64,000 bases of DNA, from positions 8,792,275 through 8,856,274 of the forward strand of contig NC_134032.1 in the NCBI RefSeq assembly GCF_964204645.1. The letters run 5' to 3'. The position numbers were made by a program, and so were the translations under genes. Under the pieces are notes generated by a model. That model did not search any database, was not told the DNA's origin, and saw only the letters and a list, made by a program, of their open reading frames with translations. Below, piece after piece: positions 34,089 through 45,914 of the stretch; position 1 is the first letter of the stretch; each line of letters begins with the position of its first letter. This DNA is from Tubulanus polymorphus. Lineage: Eukaryota; Animalia; Nemertea.

Positions 34089-35273
34089 AGCCGCGATTAC
34101 ACGGGTGCGTTTATGGCCTGGGCCGACTGTTCAGATGGGTGCCAAATGGGCCAGTGCCTGTGTGGCCAGACCAAATACATCGGACTACGGCGAGCCAAAT
34201 TTTAGCACGGGACAAACGATTGCGTTTGAATTGCAACTGGCTCCAGAAGTGACTCACTCCGCTTTGTTTAAGCATTTTTTGACGCCTTATAAAACGTTAC
34301 CATTATGAAAGCTAAACAATGTTAACCATTCAGCGTCATTTTACAAACGACAGCCGTAAATCGATGTGCAAAACGTCACAGGTCTATGTGTACACAATCA
34401 AGCTATTTGGCAAACTATTATTGACAAACACTTAGAATGTCTTCCTTTGATTATATAATGAGCTATATTTGAACGTCGAAATTGTATGATGCATTGAATA
34501 TCATTAGAAGACGTATTGTTATGGTAATGGATGTATGATTATATCAGAAGCGGCAGGCATAAGTCGAAATGATAAGTAAATCGGATTATTCGGTCAAAAT
34601 GGCGGATGTATACACGATTTGGAAGTCTGATATAAAAGTAAGACCCTGATATGGAGATGCTGGCGGAATGATGAACCTAACTACGATCTGTGTAGGGCCG
34701 GCGTGAATTTCATCGGCGGCTACAAGCGGTCAATATAAAAATGTGTAAGCATATAACTTCAATATTCAAATGTTTTAGAAAATATGTTCGATATATGGGG
34801 TATGCAGGTTTCATGAGATTATTGAGTGAGTGGTTTTAACGTGTGAGCGCGCTCTCTAATTAAGCCGCGATCACACGAGTATTTTTGGCCCGGAACAACT
34901 GTTCACACGGGTGCTAAATGGGCCCGAGCCTGTTTGGCCCGGGCCAAATTTGGCCCGACCAAAAACGTCGGACCAGGCCCGAGCCAAATTTTAGCACCAG
35001 ACGAATGATTGCGTTTGAATTGCAACTGGCACCGGAAATGATCCACTCCGCTTTGTTTGAGCATTGTTTAGTAACGAGTGAATGGTTTACGTGTGAACGC
35101 GCTCTCTAATTAGGCACGGGCCAAATTTGGCTCGATCCTGATCTGTGCCAATTTGGCCCGGGCCAAATCGTGTCCTTTCGATCGATTGCGGCTTTAGACA
35201 CGCGCTTAATTTGCCTCGAGTCTGATCCGTTCCAATTTTGCCCGGACCAAATCGTCTACGTGCGATCGCGGCT
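34089..35273. mobile_element. PIF/Harbinger-type MITE (agccgcgatcacacg termini) containing a second copy of itself (34863-35193, TTA TSD) and a truncated copy of another element (34279-34821)
   Basis: Outer and inner copies share ends agccgcgat(t/c)acacg ... cgat(c/t)gcggct; TTA at 34860-34862 and 35194-35196. Confidence 0.8.
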
Positions 35274-35694
35274 GTAAGTCTTGTAAAACGCGATATTTCA
35301 CATGCATCGACGCTGTTTTGGTGATAATTTCTTTCTCTGGATATTTCGCATTAACTTATATAACGGGGTTGGGCGACGATGATATGTATCGGGTCGAATT
35401 TCCGGCTGGTCACGAACAACTAAATTAACTTTTACTTCGAAAATCTCGCTGCGCGCGTAATCCGATATTAGAAATGTATATTGCGTAATCGGAGCCGCCA
35501 CACGCGCGAGAAATGTCAAATCACGATTGGTCGGATGCCGCGAACTACGCCCTCTAGTGGTGGTGTAATCAAGCAGCGCGTGTCCGGCTCGATTCGCGTT
35601 CAGATATCGGGATTTCGTCGCTTCGGGAAGACCCATTTCCGAGGTAGAACTCGAGCCAGGAATTTGAACGTTAGAATTGCCGTATTTGTACAAG

Positions 35695-38600
35695 ATGACC
35701 GGCACGGTGGCGCTCGATCAAAAGAATGAGGTTAGTTGATTATATTTCAAACGAATGAGTTTTGTTATATCGAATCGGACTCAGACTTGTTTATCGATGA
35801 AAAAATAAGCGCCAAATCGAATTGTCGATTTCAAATTGATCAGTAATCTGTTTAGCAAAGTGAAATTGATATAAATGAGTATTATTGACGCAACTTAAAT
35901 ATTGACAAAAATAACAACTTCGATTTTTTCACCTCATATGAAACAAGTTTAGTTATTCACATTTACAAGAATTTGCAGGGTTTAGACATGCATAGTGGGA
36001 CGTAATACGAGCCTGTGGCTGTTCTTATCGGCATTTTCAAGGCATTGTGCCCACGCGCTTTAATTAAGTGCGAAGTTCAATAGAATTAGAATCCTATAAT
36101 TGATGATAATACTAATAATTGATAACGATTAATTATTATAGTTCTCAAAGTAATAGATAGTAATTATTAACAAAAATTATAATAACATATATGATGAAAA
36201 TTTTAGTAAAAATATCAACAACGATAATGATAACTAATGATGTTAAAATGATAATGGCGACAAGAGTCAATGACAGTGACTGTACGAATAATTGTATAAA
36301 AATTGTAATAATAGTACTAATAATTAATGAAAAATGATTATTATTATTACGGTACTGATAGTCAATAGTCTTGTGGTACTCATTTGAAATTGATACCATA
36401 TTAAAATCAATTCGATGATTGGTTGATAGTCAATATTAGGGCGGTACGTTATTGATATCACATTCGATTGCAAATTGATTATTGATTAGACTGATATCAA
36501 ATTGATTTTAAGAAAACAATGTAAAATGGAATTGATATTAGAAAAAGAAAAATTGAAATTCATATCGATTGATTAAGTTTTAACATAAAACCTTAATGTT
36601 GCGGTTTATAATTGTTGATATTTCTTGTTCGGCACATAAATGGTATAAGAAATCGATTGTTTCAAACTAGCGTCCAAACCAAGAATGATTATTATTATTA
36701 CGGTACTGATAGTCAATAGTCTTGTGGTACTCATTTGAAATTGATACCATATTAAAATCAATTCGATGATTGGTTGATAGTCAATATTAGGGCGGTACGT
36801 TATTGATATCACATTCGATTGCAAATTGATTATTGATTTGACTGATATCAAATTGATTTTGAGAAAACAATGTAAAATGGAATTGATATTAGAAAAAGAA
36901 AAATTGAAATTCATATCGATTGATTAAGTTTTAACATAAAACCTTAATGTTACGATTTATAATTGTTGATATTTCTTGTTCGGCACAGAAATGGTAAAAG
37001 AAATTGATTGTTTCAAACCAGCGTCCAAACCAAAATATTTAAGTATGGGACCTTAGTATATATATTACTCCCTAAATTTTGTGAAATACTGCTGATAAAC
37101 GGCATCTCAAGGACGAATAAACTATTTTGATCTATTTTTCCGTTTCCGGCCAGAAGTTGCGATGTTTTGCTGAATTCCATGGTTGCGTTTACTACGTAGC
37201 TTATACATTGAACGGATATCTTTATAGAAACAAATTCAGGCTATGTACAACTGAAACCTTCACACGACTGAGACGCTATTTTGAAATTAATATTAAAATA
37301 TTTATCAAAAAATACGTTTATTTCTTTTTTCAGGGTGAAAACGCTTCGTCGGCTGATACTTCAACCGTTACCATGGAAACGACATTCACACCGGACGATA
37401 CTACGTCAGAGCCCTCTGGCGGATTGACGCGTACTAAACACGATACGAGAAGTAAGTGAAACCCGGAAAAGATACGAAATAATTTCTGTGTATCGATTGT
37501 GCAACTGAGCCCTAGATCCAGTGAACGTGAATTAGCCTAGCCAGCGCCGCACCTAGAATTTCCATTGGGCTGGGTTGGAAGGGCAGAGAAAACCGAAAAT
37601 GGGAAATAAGGATACAGGGAAGTTAGGATTAAACGATGATATTTGCAAAAATGGCACTTTCCGAAAATTTCTGCGACTGCACCCTTTGACCCCGCTGAAT
37701 ACGGCCCCGATGGGTTTTACGATCGTTCTAAACGCGGTTAAAGCTCAACAAACCAGCCAAACTCTTTTGTGTTCGGAAATGTAATTAATCTTACTAATAA
37801 CCAGTTTAAAATTATTAGAGTGCTTTTGAAACAGGGTTCTCTGTGGTATTCGCAGCGCTACTGCTGCAAACGAGGATTTCACTTTTGGCAGGCGAGGATC
37901 TACCAGGAGTCGCTTGTAGGTGTAGTTGGTCATCCCCTTTTTCGTCTACGTTTCAATTAAATATGAAGGAACTTTTCTCTTAAATGAATCAACTATTTTT
38001 GGTCGAGTATATTTGGTGGGTGCTGTGATAGTATATGGATTCGGGAGCCTAAAAATCGAGTACAAAGTTCATCAAAAATGAACTACTTTTGACCGGACGT
38101 CCTACTGCTCGTCACGCCATCTGGTGGGATGGCTGGTGTTGCGGATTCCCCAATGCCTTCCTGATCGAAATAACGCATTTCATCGTTCCTGTTGATTTAC
38201 AGAGCTGAAAAATACCAAGCGACTGTCGGCGTCTCAACAAGGTGCCGGCCTGGCAGACAACGAATCCGCAGGAACTACAAGTGTCAACAAACCCGGGCGA
38301 AAATTCAACAAATTCTGCATAATAGCCGCATTTTCACTGGGAATTATTATTGTAGGCAGCGTAGCTGTATTCATCGGTAAGTATAATAGAGTTACAGTGG
38401 AGCCCCAATACAGCAAACTTGACGGGACCAGAATATGTTCGTTATAACCGACAGTTCATTATATGCAGTGTGGAATCAATTAGATTTTTTTAAGTACTTG
38501 GGACGAAAGTCTATATTGGTTATATCCGATGAATCGTTGAATGCGAGTTCGTTATATCGAGGTTCCACTGTATTTCCCAAACACATCGGTTCACCAAGAA

Positions 38601-40644
38601 CCAACGTGTCTGTTCTAGTCGCTTACTCGTGGTTGTTTACACCAAAATAGCCACTAATCTTAATCTCTAGTCACTTGATAGTTCGGACTATATGGCCTTA
38701 ACGGTCATTCCAAAATACAATACTGGACCAAACGTAGTATTTGCAGAACTATTTCATTATAAAGAGCTCGTCTTGTAATCTAACATTGATATTCTTTTAG
38801 TATTTAGATTCCAGCAGCCGAAACAACAGCAGATTACTTCTACAACACCTGGCGCAGACCCAAATCCAGGTAAATATGATAATACTGCCGTCAATCGGCA
38901 CAACTCGGAATCGCCCCTTAAACTTGAACCAACCACACCTTGGAACCATAATTCAATTCTTAACTAATGCCGGAAGCGTCCTTTCAACCCAGTACCCCCC
39001 CCCCCCTATCATGGAACCAGCTCCAACTAGAACCATGCACCGAGACACACCGGAGGTACCCATGCATCTTAGAACGTATTCCTCTCATATTGTGAAACTA
39101 TTCCCTCAGCTAGGAACTACCCGTCAACCGAGGACAATCCCATCAGCTACCATGACCTGCCTCCTGGAACTAGCCTCCCATCAAATTCCTTTCATTCTGG
39201 AACTCCCAGGCTTACAACTAGCAGTACATTCAATCCATTGCAATATCAGAATGGTACAAGTGTCGAAGTGCATTTCATATTTAGAAATGTATATCCAATT
39301 ATCAGACATACCATGGTATAACTGGTTAGATATGACAATGAGTACGTAATATGATAGTATAATCTCGGTAGTATTTGAAAATCATATCAGCCTTGAATAG
39401 CCCCTGCCCCATTTCCCTGGCCCGACTAAACACTAATTGGTCAATTATCTGCTGTTTATGACTGTCTTGTAGGAGGAATTCCACTCCCCAACAACGGCTC
39501 GCGTCAAGTACAAACTGCAACAACAGCAACGCCACCACCGCCACTGCAACAAACTACAGCGAGTATCGATGACGTCGCAACGCCACCATCGTCCACTAAC
39601 AATACGGAAAACCAGGGCAATGATAGAACAACGGATCCTATAATCGGAGGACAAAACTCAGGGTCTGATAGGATGAGGCCACCTTTAAATCGCATGCGTG
39701 GTGGCCCCGGACAGGGTACAGGTCTCCGTGCCATGGTATCTCCATTAGGTGGCAACACAAGTCAGGGTGCAGGTGTTAATACCAGAATTTCCGCTTCAAC
39801 TGGCAGTACTGGTCAGGGAGCAGGCGTTAATAACAGGATCTCCCCTTCAGGTGGCAGCACTGGTCAGGATGCAGGTGTTAATACCGGTGTTAATACAGGT
39901 GTTAATACCAGGATTTCCCCCTCAACTGGCAGTACAGGTCAGGTTGCAGGTGTTAATACCAGGATTTCTCCATCAGGTGGCGGCACGGGACAGGCTGCGA
40001 GTTTCAGAATGAGGGTGTTTCGAGGAAGGGGCAGTATTGGTAGTAATTCAGGCGGTGGGAGCACAGGTGGAGGGAGCACCGGCACTGAAAACACAACTGG
40101 AGGGAGCACGGGCATTGGAAACACAACTGGAGGGAGCACGGGCACTGAAAATACAACTGGAGGGAGCACGGGCATTGTTAATACATCTGGAGGGAGCATG
40201 GGCACTGGAAACACAACTGGAGGAAGCACGGGCACTGGTAACACGGGTGGAAGGAGTACGGGCACTGGAAACATGGGTGGAGGGAGCACGGGCACTGGAA
40301 ACACGGGTGGACGGAGCACGAGCCGCACGAGACAGGCTGCGAGTTTTAGAATGAGGATATTCCAAGGAAGGGGCAGTATTGTTAGTACTTCAGGCGGTGG
40401 GAGCACAAGTGGAGGGAGCACGGGCACTGAAAACACAACTGGAGGGAGCATGGACACTGGTAACACGGATGGAAGGAGCACGGGCACTGGGAGCTCGAGT
40501 GGAGGCAATATGGACACTGGTAACACTGGTGGAGGGAGAACGGGCACTGTTAACACTTTTGGAAGGAACATGCGCACTGGGAGCTCAAGTTCTAATATGA
40601 CGGGTAACAGTAACCCAGACACCGGGGATTTTTTCAACATTTAA
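35695..40644 (+). CDS. Type II single-pass membrane protein with Gly/Ser/Thr-rich tandem-repeat ectodomain, ~522 aa
   Basis: Exons 35695-35730, 37334-37451, 38203-38376, 38801-38869, 39473-40644 with GT-AG junctions and matching phases (1569 nt); basic stretch then hydrophobic segment KPGRKFNKF-CIIAAFSLGIIIVGSVAVFIVF; last exon includes ORF 39673-40644 with GGSTGTGNTT-type repeats. First exon is the least certain. Confidence 0.75.
36333..37033 (+). repeat. Near-perfect direct tandem duplication, 351-bp unit x2
   Basis: 36333-36683 vs 36684-37033 differ at only a few positions. Confidence 0.9.
37887..38130 (+). mobile_element. Dispersed repeat, homolog of 20965-21252
   Basis: Shared tggcaggcgaggatc end and gtcacgccatctggtgg motif. 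Confidence 0.65.
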
Positions 40645-40719
40645 CTGTTTAACGTAACTCTATTGCGTGTAGTGGATTCGAAACCCAGTAATGTGCGCTA
40701 TTTTCAGGATATGTATACC

Positions 40720-40896
<177 letters not shown>

Positions 40897-41033
40897 ATAT
40901 TTTGATGTGAATTGATGGGTTTTTATTTTCATGTCTAATTCAAGCTTAAGAAATTGTTGTACGTGATTGTATAGGAAATAAATACGCATGAGAATAATTC
41001 TATTGTTTAAAACAATTGGTGCGTTATTGTTTT

Positions 41034-41644
41034 TTGACGCCTTATAAAACGTTACCATTATGAAACCTAAACAATGTTAACCATTCAGCGTCATTTTACA
41101 AACGACAGCCGTAAATCGATGTGCAAAACGTCACAGGTTTATGTGTACACAAACAAGCTATCTGGCAAAATATTATTGACGTAGATGTAGAATGGCTTCC
41201 TGTGATTATATAATGACCTATATTTGAACGTCGAAATGTTATATTGCATTGAATATCATTAGAAGACGTATTGTAATAGTAAAGGATGTATGATTATATC
41301 AGAAGCGGCAGGCATAAATAGAAATGATAAGTAAATCGGATTATTCGGTTAAATGGCGGATGTATACACGATGCGGAAGTCTGATATAAAAGTCAGACCC
41401 TGACGTGGGCATGCCGGTGGAATGACGAAGCTATCTACGATGTGTGTAGGGCCGGCGTGAATTTCATCAGCGGCTACAAGCGGTCAATATGAAAATGTGT
41501 AAACATATAATTTCAATATTCAAACGTTTTAGAAAATATGTTTTATATTAGGAGTATGCAAGTTTCGTGAGATTAGCAATTTATAATAGCATAGCTGTCA
41601 TATACGGCTCCATGTCCTCTGATGGCATGTGTATAAGGTGACAA
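41034..41644. mobile_element. ~610-bp non-autonomous element with 13-bp imperfect TIRs in a T-rich site
   Basis: ttgacgccttata ... tataaggtgacaa; about 540 bp closely match 34279-34821. Confidence 0.8.
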
Positions 41645-42958
41645 TTTAATTCAATTCTTTATTGATCCTTATTACATTGATATTCCGGGATAAAATTCCC
41701 ATATTCAATAAATACAAATTTTAAGATAAATTAACACAACATACATGACACACGGGTAATTCATACAGAACAACATAAGCATGTTATTTTAAATGACAAT
41801 GTCTACTTCAACCCACCCAGACTCAAGACTCTAGGATATCGAGTGACAGCCAAACCCGTGGCCCGGGCCCGGGGACCGGGCCGGCTGGCTAGGCCACACG
41901 ATATGCTCGAAGTCATAATGAAGCAGACATCAGAATAGCTCTTTCTTCATCCATGGAGGCAATGAAGTTGCAGACCAGCTTAGAGGCATAAGTAAATGAA
42001 GTCGGTCGCAAGTTCGCGATCAATTATTGAGAATTTTCAATAAAAAAATTTAAACCACTACTAGAGTCGAAGACCTGTATCATCTACCCAATCGCCAAAT
42101 CTCATCATTCCCCAAATTTCTTAAAACTTCGATTTCAAATTTGCAATTCCACATTAGCTTAGTTCAGAAATTCTACATTTTTTTCCCAGGCGTCAAATAA
42201 TTTTCTAAAATTAATTTTCTTGTTAGATATGTGTACGAATCCCGTCAGTTCCACGATGGTGTGGGTTTAATTTGACTCTGAATCCGTTTCCACAGTTGTG
42301 GGAGTGTAATCTGATTCTGAATACAGTTCCACACTGTTGTGTGGGTTGAATCTGATTCTCAATACAGTTCCACAGTTGTTCCCAGTTCCAAACTAGTTCG
42401 CAAATGAATTTATGTCGAGATAATAACTCGACATGAAATAAAATGGTTTTTTTTCATAAAAGATGTCCCCAGGACGGCGGTGGATCTCGACGGAAAATCG
42501 AATTATGAGGAAAATTTCTGAATTTATGTCGATATACTAGCCGCTTTCATCAGCTTTGGGGTAATGACGCATGCGCATTGCGGAACAATACGGCGCAAAA
42601 TGAGCCCAGTTGCCGCACAAGAAAGCGCACTTTGCGCTGCGTCGAAAAAATATCAAACATCGCCAAGAGCCGAATAATGCGGACGCAAAGTGCGCAGCGC
42701 AGTTTTCGGCTCGTGTGCTGGTGATTTTTCCGGCGCATTTTGCCGTTGTTCGCCAAATATCTGACATGTTCGACATTTTTCGACGCGTATACTATCACGT
42801 GGGAGGGGAATTCTGACTCTGACTCTAGTTCAACAGATACGTCGGTTAAATGCAACTCTTTTTTATCGTGAATTCGCTGGATAGTTTTGCCTTTACTACT
42901 GGGCTGGTTATCAAATATCATTACACGGATAAAATCGTAGAGGAGCCATGTAGGCCAG

Positions 42959-43699
42959 GTGTAGAATAAAATCAACGAGACGAGTAGTACTGTATACCTT
43001 TTAACTGTTTAATTCAACGCACGAGATTTTGCTTCATCGGGTGATTCAGTAGATGAAGCTGTGTATAGTAGCTTCATTGGGCGATTGAGTAGATGAAGCT
43101 ATAGTGTGCAGTAGCTTCATTGAGTGATCGAGTAGATGAAGCTATAGTGTAAAGTAGCTTCATTGGGTGATTGAGTAGATGAAGCTATAGTGTAAAGTAG
43201 CTTCATTGGGTGATTGAGTAGATGAAGCTATAGTGTATAGTAGCTTCATTGGGCGATTGAGTAGATGAAGCTATAGTGTGTAGTAGCTTCATTGAGTGAT
43301 CGAGTAGATGAAGCTATAGTGTAAAGTAGCTTCATTGGGTGATTGAGTAGATGAAGCTATAGTGTGTAGTAGCTTCATCGGGTGATCGAGTAGATGAAGC
43401 TATAGTGTGTAGTAGCTGGGTGATCGAGTAGATGAAGCTATAGTGTGTAGTAGCTGGGTGATCGAGTAGATGAAGCTATAGTGTAAAGTAGCTTCATTGG
43501 GTGAATGAGTAGATGAAGCTATAGTGTAAAGTAGCTTCATTGGGTGAATGAGTAGATGAAGCTATAGTGTGTAGTAGCTTCAACAGGCGAATGAAGCCGA
43601 TGAAGCTACTATACATCAGCAGCGAAAGCTCGTGCGTCAAATAAAATCGTTAACCTATATATAGTAATATATACTTGTCTCGTTGTATTCATTCTATAC
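42959..43699. mobile_element. Fold-back element with inverted PLE pLTR-like arms bearing hammerhead motifs around a 43-bp satellite
   Basis: Left arm gtgtagaataaaatcaacgagacgagtagtac...caacgcacgagattttgc is the reverse complement of right arm gcgaaagctcgtgcgtcaaataaa...cttgtctcgttgtattcattctatac; right arm reads CCGATGA-A-GCTACT-atacatc-AGCAGC-GAAAGCTC-GTGCG. Confidence 0.8.
43030..43610. repeat. Tandem array, ~13-14 units of 43 bp (gtagcttcattgggtgattgagtagatgaagctatagtgtaaa)
   Basis: Period 43 (43068, 43111, ...); two adjacent units share a 5-bp deletion; each unit contains the inverted pair tagcttcat/atgaagcta. Confidence 0.95.
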
Positions 43700-44409
43700 G
43701 GATAGGTGTAATCTGCCCCCTGGAGGTAATTTCATAATCATACCGACTGCAAAATAATGCCTATAATAGCGTAGTTTCCATGTCCGGACACTACGGGATC
43801 CAGTTTTACGAATCAAAAATAATTTCGCTGCGGCAAGAGTAATAACCACAATTCAGAGACACCGATGATTCGTACACTATTCCACGATCGTGTCCCTTGA
43901 TCAACCATCTCAAGCCGTAATCCGCAAACAACCAATTAGTCAATTAAGTAATTAATGGATTTCGAAACTCGCGCGGGGTGCTCGCCGTCTGCCGGCTGGA
44001 GGGCGGAGTCATGTTATCAATTATTTTGACGAATGATAATTATCATCATTATTATCATCGTATTATCAGCGTCTAGATCCTTGAAAGACTGAGCCCGTTT
44101 GGCACTTAAAACCTAGGTTATTTTTGGGATCGGTATCGTCTTAAAGGAAATTCAGTTTTATAATTCAATTCGCACCGGATGAGCATGATAGGAGTCTTCA
44201 AAGTGGTCCCTGGTGTTTTTCAATTTATCTTCGTTTTGCAGAACTTTTCAGAGGACCCGGTTCAAACGAGGGATTAAAAAAAAAACGGCTGATTTTCGAT
44301 GAGCTGGTCTAGAGTCGATTTTGAATATCGGCCTAGCCTCAAATTTGTTGAATAAGTTTGATGCTATGGTATAAATTAGTTCATTTTTAATGTCTTCTTT
44401 ACTCAAGAA

Positions 44410-44562
44410 CCAGGGACCAGTCGCATAGTAATCGCTTAGATTTAAAGCCAGGCTTAAGACCAACTTAGTTCCATAGCTAATCTGACAACTAAAGACTAGT
44501 CTTAATATTTAAGACCACTTTCGGACTTACGTCTAGTAAACCACTGCGCAACTAGGCCCAGG
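44410..44562. mobile_element. MITE (ccagggaccagtcgca...tgcgcaactaggcccagg); related fragment at ~16620-16745
   Basis: Imperfect TIR; internal sequence matches the reverse complement of 16620-16745. Confidence 0.65.
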
Positions 44563-44636
44563 TTTTAACTGAGATCCTGCTCTATTCAGTCATTGGATAA
44601 TATACCTGACCCTTTGAGTAATAGATCTATATCTTA

Positions 44637-44721
44637 GGGCTGGCTTATGTCGACAAGCAACCCGACGCCTACCGACGCAACTGGGTTTATCGCCGAATAA
44701 CTTGTCGACATAAGCCTGCCT
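44637..44721. mobile_element. 85-bp Tourist-like MITE with TTA TSD
   Basis: TIR gggctggcttatgtcgacaag / cttgtcgacataagcctgcct; TTA at 44634-44636 and 44722-44724. Confidence 0.8.
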
Positions 44722-45637
44722 TTACGGGTTTGAAATTGTGTAATCAAGTTAAGAAATATTCTTCAAAAGGATGCTTGTGGGTTGAATAGCTTTCTGTGGG
44801 CCTAACTAATAATCTATCCGGCTGTGTGGTTGCAGATTGTGCGTACTTCAATTTGAACAGAAAATTCTGTAAATTCGACCGCCGATCACACAACCATATA
44901 TCTGTACTTTGTTTTCCGCGATTTCAAAAACAAACCCCCTGTTTCACTCCCGGCAGGTGCGGTGGCTTTTTTACGGGACACCAAATCATAACAGATCTAA
45001 CCAAATCTACCAATAAGATAAATAACATCCATACAATCCCTATTTTAAGATCAGAGAAAAAAATTAAAAAAGAATCCTCGCGAGATTCTTCAATTACTGA
45101 AATGATACTTCGATGCCTTGTATCCACGAATACTAGCTTAAACGCACGGATCTTTGTCGCTATTTTGGGATCCTTGTGGGTGTCGGCGTATAGAAATGAT
45201 ATTGAGTTAAAAGGTAACCCGAATCATCGTTAGGATCGTAGAGTCCTGCTATCCTACTATTTTTGAAGCGAATGTATTTTCTAACAATCCGTACGGGGTC
45301 TCAATAAATTCAGATCACCCGGTCACTGGGGGTCCATAGCTTTTATGGAGGGTAGCGAAATGTCTTTAAACGGCGGCTAAATCCTCGATGAAATTTGAGA
45401 GTTTGGAGCCTTGTCCTCTTAAGGCAATTCCACACTGTCCGGGGTCCCCATCAATTAGGACAGCAGCGGTATTTGAGTCGTAAATCGGCCGCCGACTCCA
45501 GGAGTTACATCGAATCACCCCCACCGGCGGATTAAAGCGGGTAAACAGGTAGTTATACAGCAGAGTAAACATACATGTATAAATTATAGGTTCAATTAGT
45601 CGTGGACGATCGGCGATCGCCCCGGCTATTGTTAGCG

Positions 45638-45649
45638 GATTGGCCAATC
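45638..45649. promoter_or_regulatory. Palindromic double CCAAT box (gattggccaatc) upstream of the zinc-finger gene
   Basis: CCAAT on both strands about 270 nt before the ATG at 45915, in a CpG-richer stretch. Confidence 0.5.
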
Positions 45650-45914
45650 AGAAACGGCCGATGAGACTGCACCGCTCTGACCATCAAAAACCACCTATAG
45701 CCACTTGAGGTCCATTCGATATCGAACCCCCGTACTCAGGTACAGATATCTAACCGAACGAGAGATTTTCGAGAAAATAAATCGGCAAGAATTAGAAAAT
45801 CAACTCGAAATATTCGACGGCCAGCGCGAGTTCGTTATCTGAGAAATTCGTTTCCAGAATTTCTGCCGGAAAGTTTGATAATTCTGCGAATAATTTGCTA
45901 AACCAGGACGAAAG

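Noticed and set aside
35726-35730. ATG AG|gt as the start of the repeat-protein gene
   Set aside because: That phase leads to a stop in the next exon; the ATG at 35695 gives an open phase-0 join.
39939-40640. 233-aa Pro/Val-rich ORF on the - strand
   Set aside because: Antisense shadow of the Gly/Ser/Thr repeat exon.
43030-43610. CRISPR-like array of palindromic repeats
   Set aside because: Intervening sequences are near-identical rather than unique spacers, there are no cas genes, and the context is eukaryotic; it is a tandem repeat.
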